Part shown: one piece after another, positions 54,361 to 61,392 of the stretch
Layout of the letters: every line of letters begins with the position of its first letter
How positions within the stretch are numbered: the first letter of the stretch is position 1
IMG/VR virus record: IMGVR_UViG_3300038829_000127
Location: 4,975-68,974 of that record
Length of the DNA stretch: 64,000 bases
Strand: one strand, 5' to 3'
Source of the DNA: a virus
The notes under the pieces: model-generated
The model's database searches: none
Seen by the model: the letters and a program-made list of their open reading frames with translations, nothing else
Told to the model about the DNA's origin: nothing
Position numbers and translations under genes: made by a program

Positions 54361-55757
54361 CGAGCCGCCTCACTCTCATTCTCTTCCAGCGCAATCCACT
54401 CCACCAACCGCTCCGACCAGCCTGAGATGCGCGACCAACCGTTGCTCAGTTCCAGCGCGGGCTTGTAGCCGGCGACGTTGACGATATAGCCCTTGGCCTG
54501 CCGCACCTTGATGCCCGAGTCGGCCGCCTGTTCGTCAGTGACCACAATCGTCCGAGCGGGCTCGGGCAGGGTTTCTGCCATCTTGGCCAGCGCCTGCCCC
54601 AGATAGGTGCCGCCGTTCGGCTGCGAGTTCCACAGCGCCTCGATCAGCGGCAGCCCACGGTAGGCCGGAGCCTCCACCAGCTTCGTGGAGAACGTGAAGA
54701 TCCGGCAGTCCTCGCAGATTTCCCGCAGGAGGATGGCCAGGGCACCAGCCGCCTGGTAGCGGCGGAGCGTGCTCTTGGCCGACAGCGCATCGGACATGGA
54801 GCCCGACACGTCCACCAGCAGGTACGTCATGCCCGGGAGCCTGGGCGCCTCCTCGACGGCCAACAGCATGGCCTGCGAGAGAGCATCGACCATGGACGGG
54901 GCGGCCAGCGCGGCGGAGACGAATCGGAAGGGGAGGGCTTTGGACTTCCGGGCACCGGCCAACAGGGCAGCGTTGATCAGCGCCCGATCCACACCCGCCC
55001 CCTCCATGTTCCGCAGATTCATCAGAAGGGCCATGTACCCGAGCTTGTTTTCCGTGAGCAGCCGGGTGAAGGCTTCCTTCTTGTCAGCGCCGCCCGACAG
55101 GGCCACTTCCCATGTGTCCGGGGTGGCCAGGGTGCCGTTGACGATCTTCTCGTAAAGCAGTTCCCGCTCGGTCGGCTCGTACGGCCGGACAGGGCTTTTC
55201 TTCCGATCGGCCCGCACCCAATCAAAGTTGGCCGGCTTGGCATGGCACACGAAGAGAGCGTCACGCAGCTTGACCGCACCGTCCCGGTTCCACTTGGCCA
55301 ACTCGTGCTCACTGAACTTGGCGAATGCCAAGCTCAGGCCCTTCTTCACCTGGGCAGACACCGGGCACTTGCCGTCCTTCCAGTAGATGGACAGGAACTC
55401 GGCCAGTTCATCGGCACGCTGGATCGTCTCGCGCAAAGTGCGGGAGACGATGCCCGGGTCAGCGGTGCGGCCCGGATGCCGGGCCAGTTGCCGCACCAGG
55501 AACAGCGAGACGTGCCGCAGTTTCATGGCAGTGCGTGTGCTCACAGCCAACTCCGCCAACTGCTGCGGAGTTACCTGCAAGCACAGTTCCTCGATCCGCG
55601 CTGCGATCTCGGAGCCCGATTCGTAGAACGTGTTCTCGAACAGCATGCAGGTGGACACGGCCCGGGTCAGTTCCTGGAGGGGCGTCTGGTGCCGATCGGC
55701 CCGGCCCCCTTCATGGGTGACAACGGGCGGGAGCTTGGTGCAGGTGTTGGTCTTCAT
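54357..55757 (-). CDS. rsr: Ro60 autoantigen homologue (TROVE + vWA)
   Basis: FENTFYES, RADELAEFL, LAKW, LRDAL...H.KP, ALLMNLRNM, LPFRF, VDVSGSM, GGT, VTDEQ; ATGA overlap with rtcB. Confidence 0.95.
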   Translation of the reverse strand: MKTNTCTKLPPVVTHEGGRADRHQTPLQELTRAVSTCMLFENTFYESGSEIAARIEELCLQVTPQQLAELAVSTRTAMKLRHVSLFLVRQLARHPGRTADPGIVSRTLRETIQRADELAEFLSIYWKDGKCPVSAQVKKGLSLAFAKFSEHELAKWNRDGAVKLRDALFVCHAKPANFDWVRADRKKSPVRPYEPTERELLYEKIVNGTLATPDTWEVALSGGADKKEAFTRLLTENKLGYMALLMNLRNMEGAGVDRALINAALLAGARKSKALPFRFVSAALAAPSMVDALSQAMLLAVEEAPRLPGMTYLLVDVSGSMSDALSAKSTLRRYQAAGALAILLREICEDCRIFTFSTKLVEAPAYRGLPLIEALWNSQPNGGTYLGQALAKMAETLPEPARTIVVTDEQAADSGIKVRQAKGYIVNVAGYKPALELSNGWSRISGWSERLVEWIALEENESEAAR

Positions 55758-55776
55758 GGGGTTCTCCGTTTCTAGG

Positions 55777-55814
55777 TTCACTCATTCGACTGCACCAGCA
55801 GGCGAATGAGTGAA
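55777..55814 (-). promoter_or_regulatory. leader hairpin before the rsr ribosome-binding site
   Basis: TTCACTCATTCG-CCTGCTGGTGCAGT-CGAATGAGTGAA. Confidence 0.6.
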
Positions 55815-55847
55815 AGCCCTTGTTGGCCTGCAGTGAAAAACAGCACC

Positions 55848-55903
55848 CGGATCAGTCAACCACAGGGGTCATCTGCTAGAGGAAGTACCTGTAGTCTACG
55901 CCA
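55848..55903 (-). ncRNA. Y-RNA-like unit E (minimal)
   Basis: TGGCGTAGAC-TACAGG-TACTTC...CCTGTG-GTTGACTGATCCG. Confidence 0.75.
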
Positions 55904-55920
55904 GGGCGCAAAACAGTGAG

Positions 55921-55975
55921 CGGATCAAACAGCTACGGGAGCACTTACGATGAGAAGTACCCGCAGCCTACGCCA
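55921..55975 (-). ncRNA. Y-RNA-like unit D (minimal)
   Basis: TGGCGTAGGC-TGCGGG-TACTTC...CCCGTA-GCTGTTTGATCCG. Confidence 0.75.
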
Positions 55976-55993
55976 GCCCACAAAGAGCGTACT

Positions 55994-56115
55994 CGGATCA
56001 GACGGTAAGGGAACAGACCGCCGCCTCTGCCAGTTGGGCTACCCTGCCGTCTATTGGCAGGAGCTGGACTCGAACCAGCACATGAACGGTTCCGAAGTAA
56101 CCCTAGCCTACGCCA
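55994..56115 (-). ncRNA. yrlA: YrlA-type Y RNA (permuted tRNA mimic), unit C
   Basis: shared scaffold plus T arm GCTGG-TTCGAGT-CCAGC, closed acceptor hairpin TCCTGCC-AATAGAC-GGCAGGG, D arm TAGCCCAACTGGCAGAGGC, in T-AS-D order; next to rsr. Confidence 0.85.
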
Positions 56116-56133
56116 GAGTACAAAGAGAACGGC

Positions 56134-56191
56134 CGGATCAAACAACCACGGGATATTTTCTACCCAAGAGAAGTACCCGTAGTCTACGCCA
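56134..56191 (-). ncRNA. Y-RNA-like unit B (minimal)
   Basis: TGGCGTAGAC-TACGGG-TACTTC...CCCGTG-GTTGTTTGATCCG. Confidence 0.75.
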
Positions 56192-56213
56192 GGCCGTAAA
56201 ACAAGAGCGGAAT

Positions 56214-56308
56214 CGGATCAGACGGCTGAGGAGCAGTCCGGATTGACCCGGACACCCAACCGGCTTGCGCCAGTGAGTCTTAACCGAAGTAGCCCCAACC
56301 TGGCGCCA
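56214..56308 (-). ncRNA. Y-RNA-like unit A with two-hairpin cargo
   Basis: TGGCGCCAGG-TTGGGG-CTACTTC...CCTCAG-CCGTCTGATCCG; internal GCAA-capped hairpin and GTCCGG/CCGGAC hairpin. Confidence 0.7.
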
Positions 56309-56378
56309 GATTCCAAGGGATCACGGAGAAGGGTGGTCGTTCAGTTCCTCTCCGTTTCTAGTTTCTTCAACGAGGGGA

Positions 56379-56407
56379 AGTATACCACCCCGCTCGGGGC
56401 GGGTCAA
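56379..56407 (-). promoter_or_regulatory. sigma70-type promoter for the Y RNA-rsr-rtcB operon
   Basis: TTGACC-17 nt-TATACT on the - strand. Confidence 0.8.
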
Positions 56408-56682
56408 CCTTTTTCGTGCACAACCAGCCCTTCTGTCTGCAGCCAGTTCGCACACCGATGTGCCCAGAAGGAATCGTTCCGCGCCTTGAGCAGCGCCTTC
56501 CCCTCCCGGGCATTCAGCACCGGCTCAACCTGCATCCACGTTTTCCCTGACTGCAGAAACCGTGTGACCAGGACGAACCCCTCTGGCTGCCGGATCATCC
56601 ACTGCTCGCACTGGACGTTATCGCCGGCCGTCCAGTCGAAGGGGAGCTGGCTGTAGATCCAGTCTTCGACGTTAGTAGGCAT
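56404..56682 (-). CDS. hypothetical protein
   Basis: ORF track; GGGGAG SD. Confidence 0.6.
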   Translation of the reverse strand: MPTNVEDWIYSQLPFDWTAGDNVQCEQWMIRQPEGFVLVTRFLQSGKTWMQVEPVLNAREGKALLKARNDSFWAHRCANWLQTEGLVVHEKG

Positions 56683-56945
56683 CAGTTCATCTCCCCTTCC
56701 TCAATCACCTGCACCTTCTCCCCGGCCACAGCATCCGCCACACCCTGCACCATGGCGCTGAGAAAAGCCCTCAGAGCATCCTTGCCCGCGGCCCTCACGA
56801 ACTGGGCCTTGATCCGGCCGATCTCGTAGGGCTCGGTGCCCTGCTGCTTGCTGTCCAGGCGCAGGACGATGTAGCCGTCTTCCTCACGGCTGGTGATCAA
56901 GAAGAGGGCCTGGGGTGGGTTGGTGGGACGGAGTTTGTTGCTCAC
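56682..56945 (-). CDS. hypothetical protein
   Basis: GGAGG SD; GTGA coupling. Confidence 0.6.
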   Translation of the reverse strand: MSNKLRPTNPPQALFLITSREEDGYIVLRLDSKQQGTEPYEIGRIKAQFVRAAGKDALRAFLSAMVQGVADAVAGEKVQVIEEGEMN

Positions 56946-57163
56946 TCTTCCTCCGCATACTCATCCGGATCCTCACCCACATACTCCGCATGCCCCCGCC
57001 CGCACTTCGGGCAGGTCCACGTCTCCGTGCTGTTCCACACCTCGATCGCTACCAGCCCGACGAAGCCGCAATCCTCATCTGAGCAGGCCCGGTTCTCTTC
57101 CATTTCGCGCTCCGCTCCGGCGATTTCGTACTCGGCGCCGGTTACTCCTGCGGGGTAGCTCAT
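56942..57163 (-). CDS. small acidic zinc-ribbon protein
   Basis: CSDEDC and CPKC. Confidence 0.65.
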   Translation of the reverse strand: MSYPAGVTGAEYEIAGAEREMEENRACSDEDCGFVGLVAIEVWNSTETWTCPKCGRGHAEYVGEDPDEYAEEE

Positions 57164-58296
57164 CCTTTCAGCACCTCCACGATAAGCTGCCGCAGGGTCA
57201 CATCGTTACCTGCAGCGGCAGAGTCCTTATCGGCTGTCATGGTAATCGCCAGCGTGCCGGTGGTGTCAACGGTGGGCAACCCTCCCGCCAGACTACCGCT
57301 CTGTGTGTCCAGGCTGCCACTTGCACCAATGGCTAGAACAAGCAGATCAGCCTGAATCGTAATCCATGCCGACTCGCCGGCAGAATCGGTTGTGCCGGCC
57401 AGCACACAAACCTGTCCACCGCACTTGAGGGCCAGCATACAGTTCACTCCGTCCATGGCATATGTGATATGTGCCGTGACCCGGATCACGTCGCCCACGG
57501 CAAGGCTGTTTGCCGGGATCGTGTAGGATGACGAAAACGTCGTTTCATCTACCGTGTTGCCCACCGTGTTGCCACCAGGGACGCTCGTGTTGCTGTAGGC
57601 TTTTGGGCGAGTGACCCACCCATCCAGCTTTGCGCTGGCATCCGCAACAGGTATCTTGCTGGCCGTTGGTGTAGCCGTGGCGTTGGCCGGGTCCTGCACG
57701 ACCTTGGAGCTGCCGTCCAAACTGGCGTAGCCCGAGGCGGCGGCCTTGTTCGCCGTCTTCTCGAGCGCGGCATCGTTCGTCAGGTCTGTTGAGGCTAGCA
57801 CCCCGGTCAGTGGCGTCTGCGGATCGGCCAGGAGCCCGGACAGACCGGCCACGCTGATCTCATCCACGGAACCGTTCTGGTGGGTAACTGCGTGGGCCGT
57901 AGGCGCACGGGAATCTATAAACCTGGCGTCGTCCCCCTCTGCCACCGTTCGGGCCGTTACCCCAAACTGCACCAGAAACCGTGCCGGGTCGATCCCGGTC
58001 GTAGTTGCTCCGTCCAGAATGGCAAAATCGAAGACGGCTCCGTCCGTGTTACAGGCGGCCAGGTTGACGTTGGTCAGATCGGCATGGGTCAGGTTGGCGT
58101 TTGAGAAATCCGTGTTGCCCGTGCTGGCGTCCGTCAGGTCCGCGCCAGTCAGGTCCGCGCCACGGAACGATGTGTTGGTCAGGGTGGTGCCGGCAAGAAT
58201 GGCCCCGGACAGGTCGGCCCCGGTGTAGTTGTTAAATGACAAATCGGCCGCCGTGAAGTCTAGCCCGGACAGGTTTTCATCCACATGCTCTGACAT
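57160..58296 (-). CDS. pentapeptide-repeat domain fused to tail-fibre-like sequence
   Basis: about 18 A(D/N)Lxx repeats, then D.R.PTAHA..H..G..D and EKTANK.AA.GYASLDGS.KV motifs. Confidence 0.75.
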   Translation of the reverse strand: MSEHVDENLSGLDFTAADLSFNNYTGADLSGAILAGTTLTNTSFRGADLTGADLTDASTGNTDFSNANLTHADLTNVNLAACNTDGAVFDFAILDGATTTGIDPARFLVQFGVTARTVAEGDDARFIDSRAPTAHAVTHQNGSVDEISVAGLSGLLADPQTPLTGVLASTDLTNDAALEKTANKAAASGYASLDGSSKVVQDPANATATPTASKIPVADASAKLDGWVTRPKAYSNTSVPGGNTVGNTVDETTFSSSYTIPANSLAVGDVIRVTAHITYAMDGVNCMLALKCGGQVCVLAGTTDSAGESAWITIQADLLVLAIGASGSLDTQSGSLAGGLPTVDTTGTLAITMTADKDSAAAGNDVTLRQLIVEVLKG

Positions 58297-58456
58297 CTAC
58301 GGGTTCCTCTCCCACGGGTGTTTCCCTTCGTCCTGGATGAACTTCCAGAGCGACCACTGTATCAGGAACATACGGAACCAGGTCATCATAAAGCACCTCC
58401 TGTTGGATGTGTACTGGCTGCCGCCCCGCAGAACGGGCACGGCTTCAGGTCGTTGC

Positions 58457-58666
58457 TCATTCGATCCCCTCCTCGCGGGCGATGATGTCCGAGTCCCATC
58501 CGTTTTTGTGGCGCATCCCGTGTGTCCGCTCGCGGTAGCGTTCGAGATTCGCTACGCGGTCGTAGAGCGCGTAGAGGGTGGCGACGATCAGCGGATGCAG
58601 CGTGATCCAGCCTTCAAGGTGCTGTAGTTCCTCCCTCGTCAGCGGCTTCGGCGCGGTCATATCCAC
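58457..58666 (-). CDS. hypothetical protein
   Basis: ORF track. Confidence 0.5.
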   Translation of the reverse strand: MDMTAPKPLTREELQHLEGWITLHPLIVATLYALYDRVANLERYRERTHGMRHKNGWDSDIIAREEGIE

Positions 58667-58851
58667 TCCGCGAGATAGCGCACCAGTGCGCGAGCATCAC
58701 GCTCCAGGGTTTTAGCATCGTCGGTGTGGGGCTTCAGGTAGCCTCCGGCCATGGCGCGCAGTTTGCTGGCGAACTTATCCAGATTGTCAGCTTGACGGTG
58801 CAGGGTGGCCTGCTCGTCTTTTCGCGTTTCTGAATCGCACAGGTTACACAC
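58657..58851 (-). CDS. hypothetical protein
   Basis: ORF track. Confidence 0.55.
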   Translation of the reverse strand: MCNLCDSETRKDEQATLHRQADNLDKFASKLRAMAGGYLKPHTDDAKTLERDARALVRYLAEWI

Positions 58852-60328
58852 CGGCCCCTCCCGTGCGGGCGCGGATGGCGGCCATCTCTGATTCTATTGA
58901 CCAGTGGCCATTGGCAAGAGCTTCGATTGAGTCGTTAAGACAGAACAGCGCAGCGTCGGCAGCCTGTAGATCATTGAAGTTGCCTCCGTAGCGAACCTTA
59001 GACAGAATTGCCGCCTGCCATCCAACGTGATAGGCAAGCGCTCTGCCGCTGTCCTGCGCCTTCTTCTCCGCCGTCTCGTAGAACTCCCGCAGACTGTGTA
59101 TCTCATGGTTCATTTTCTCGATGAGTGAGTCACGCTGCGCCACTCGACCCTCCGCCGTCTCGACGCGGGCGAGGGCGGCTTTCTCGCGCATAAACGCATC
59201 GCTGTGCAAGCTGGCCAGCTTTGCCTTTTCATCAAGCAGCCGTTCCGCCCTCTCCTTCTCCGCAGCGAGGGCGGAGCGGGCTTCGTCGCGCAGGCCCTTC
59301 TCACGTTTGTACGAATCCAACCAGTGAGCAACCATGTTGGTTTGGTACTTGTACCCACGCTCGAACCCGTTCCTCTCCTCCCGCAGAGTGCGGAGGCGGG
59401 CGAGCAAGCGGTCAATGATGTTTCGCGGACCAGCGGCTGCGACAAGACCAGCGGCTGCCAGCACGAAATATTCCGCATCTTGAATCAACTTCTCGTCCTC
59501 GTCCGCAGCGGGCGGGGGCTGATCCTTACGCGCCTGCACCAGCGACCCCCCTAGCGCCTCGACTATCTCCGCTTCGGTGCAGAAGACGTGATCCACCATC
59601 TTCACCATCAGCTCGGGCTCGCCCTCAGCCAAGAGGATCACCGTTTCCTTGCCCGCGCCCACGGCCCAGCCGAGTTCCAGGTGGGCGCTGCGGCCACATG
59701 GCTGCACCATGACGAACGTGTCGGCCCACTTCATGGCGTCGAAGTCGGACGCGAATCCGGCCACGGCAATGCGATGAGACAGGGCCGCCCGGTACTGGAC
59801 GGGCGTCCAGTTCTGCCAGTCCGCATCAATGTCGGACCAGCGGAAGCCGGTATTGCCCGGGGCCGGATTGCGGAAGTCGTAGACATCGTGGCCTTCCGCG
59901 CGAAGCATCTGCACCACGGCGGGCTGGCGTTCGTTTCGCCACGACGAGGCCACGTAGATTCTTCGGCTCGTAGCGGTTGGCAAGGTCACTCCACCATTCG
60001 CGGCGATGAGTCGCGTACCGCTAGCGGGCGCTTCCGGCTGGGCGGCGCGGAGGGCCAGCGCCAGCGCGGCCGCGATTGCAAGCCCGACGTTCCCGTGCGT
60101 GGGCCACGTATCGGGGTCGTATTTGAGCAGTTCCGCACAGGCGCGGCGGAGTTCTTCTTTCTCTTGCCGAAGCCGACCGGCAGTATTCTGGTCTTTCTGC
60201 CACCCATCACCGTATTCCTTGAGGCGAGCGGCTAGTGCGGCGGTGTGATGCTCGCACGATTGGCACAACGACCCCTCCTCGCTTAGTGGGACATCATCTC
60301 TGCCGCAGCACTGGCATACGGGGTTCAT
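58844..60328 (-). CDS. multidomain protein with a central nucleoside 2-deoxyribosyltransferase-like domain and coiled coils
   Basis: IYVASSWRN, GHDVYDF, DFDAM.WAD..V...PCGRSAHLELGWA.G. Confidence 0.8.
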   Translation of the reverse strand: MNPVCQCCGRDDVPLSEEGSLCQSCEHHTAALAARLKEYGDGWQKDQNTAGRLRQEKEELRRACAELLKYDPDTWPTHGNVGLAIAAALALALRAAQPEAPASGTRLIAANGGVTLPTATSRRIYVASSWRNERQPAVVQMLRAEGHDVYDFRNPAPGNTGFRWSDIDADWQNWTPVQYRAALSHRIAVAGFASDFDAMKWADTFVMVQPCGRSAHLELGWAVGAGKETVILLAEGEPELMVKMVDHVFCTEAEIVEALGGSLVQARKDQPPPAADEDEKLIQDAEYFVLAAAGLVAAAGPRNIIDRLLARLRTLREERNGFERGYKYQTNMVAHWLDSYKREKGLRDEARSALAAEKERAERLLDEKAKLASLHSDAFMREKAALARVETAEGRVAQRDSLIEKMNHEIHSLREFYETAEKKAQDSGRALAYHVGWQAAILSKVRYGGNFNDLQAADAALFCLNDSIEALANGHWSIESEMAAIRARTGGAGV

Positions 60329-60711
60329 CGCGCTGCCTCCCTTTCCGATAGCATAGCAATCAGATCCTCGTTCTCAGCCCTCAGCCGCGCCGCTTCCGGA
60401 TTGGCGGCCCAGACGATATTGCGCGCGTCCTCTGCCTTCCACTCGAAGCCTTCACGTCGCCAGAACGTGCCGTCCCTCGCGTGATACAGCAGGTCGCCGG
60501 GTTCATCGCAGACGGTGGCGACGAAGGCCCGCAGCCGCGCCGCAGCGGTGGACTCGCGGCGGAGGAGACGGCGGAGTTCGTTGCCTGCATTAAGCGCGGC
60601 AATCGTCTGTTGGGCCGTGTAGCCCGAGGGGCTCGTCATGTAGTGCGGGCCGTCGAAGCGCCAGCGTTCCAGCGCAGCCGCAACGTCGGGCGGGAGGATG
60701 GGGTTAGTCAT
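60325..60711 (-). CDS. hypothetical protein
   Basis: GGGAGG SD; ATGA coupling. Confidence 0.55.
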   Translation of the reverse strand: MTNPILPPDVAAALERWRFDGPHYMTSPSGYTAQQTIAALNAGNELRRLLRRESTAAARLRAFVATVCDEPGDLLYHARDGTFWRREGFEWKAEDARNIVWAANPEAARLRAENEDLIAMLSEREAAR

Positions 60712-60881
60712 CGTTTCTGCTCCTGCTGCGATTCGCGGATTGCATCGCGGACGATGGCCTTGCGGTACTGGTAGTCGGCCCAGTAGCCGGCTACTACCAA
60801 ACCGATCAAGATGGATGCGGCCACGAAGATAAACAGCGTCTTCGCCATCATATTGCCTGTGCGCTTGCTTACGTCCGTCAT
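60708..60881 (-). CDS. small single-TM protein
   Basis: TLFIFVAASILIGLVVAGYW. Confidence 0.55.
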   Translation of the reverse strand: MTDVSKRTGNMMAKTLFIFVAASILIGLVVAGYWADYQYRKAIVRDAIRESQQEQKR

Positions 60882-61114
60882 CTCCCCTCCTCCGGCCACT
60901 CGGCGGTGGCCCACTTCAGGAACGTATTAATCACGTCACCGTCGAAGTCCTCGCGCATGTGCATATCCCTGAGCGCCCGCACCGGGGCGGGCATGGGGGC
61001 GCGGGTACGCGACTCGATCACTTCGGCGGCAAGGCTACGCATCACGGAATTATTCCATCCGGGGTTCTTCAGGCATTCCGCAACCTGCTCATCGGTCAGC
61101 CGGTACTCGCTCAC
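60878..61114 (-). CDS. hypothetical protein
   Basis: ORF track; coupling. Confidence 0.55.
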   Translation of the reverse strand: MSEYRLTDEQVAECLKNPGWNNSVMRSLAAEVIESRTRAPMPAPVRALRDMHMREDFDGDVINTFLKWATAEWPEEGR

Positions 61115-61392
61115 GCTCCCTCCGTCGTCGCGGGGTGAGACGCGGCGCGGGTGGAGAGGTATTCAGTAACAATAAGCTCGGCTACGTTTTGAACAACTCG
61201 CGATTCTTTGTCTACATCCACGGCAAAGTAGGCCAGCGATCTCTTGGCCACCTCCACCAGTGCCTCGCGTCCCGCCCCCGCCTCCGGGCACGGGCGGCGC
61301 AGGGCGGCGATGGCGAGCTTGACGGCTTCCCGCAAGCACGGATCGGCTACCGCTGTTACCTCAAGCGTGATAGCCGCTTCCTCGTTCGTCAT
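61111..61392 (-). CDS. hypothetical protein
   Basis: ORF track; coupling. Confidence 0.55.
   Translation of the reverse strand: MTNEEAAITLEVTAVADPCLREAVKLAIAALRRPCPEAGAGREALVEVAKRSLAYFAVDVDKESRVVQNVAELIVTEYLSTRAASHPATTEGA

Noticed and set aside
51499-54468. Long + strand ORFs (478 aa, 468 aa) and similar ones at 5589-6794, 7907-8851, 17814-18818 and 45908-46927
   Set aside because: These are antisense shadows of well-supported genes in GC-rich DNA, with no motifs or SD sites
55848-56308. CRISPR array reading of the repeated GAAGTA/CTACGCCA/CGGATCA motifs
   Set aside because: The repeats are split, degenerate and pair across the variable part with covariation; the spacing is irregular; there are no cas genes; the neighbour is Ro60
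58386-58460. Lar-like restriction alleviation gene (MSNDLKPCPFCG)
   Set aside because: It stops after 24 codons with no second CxxC; at most a fragment
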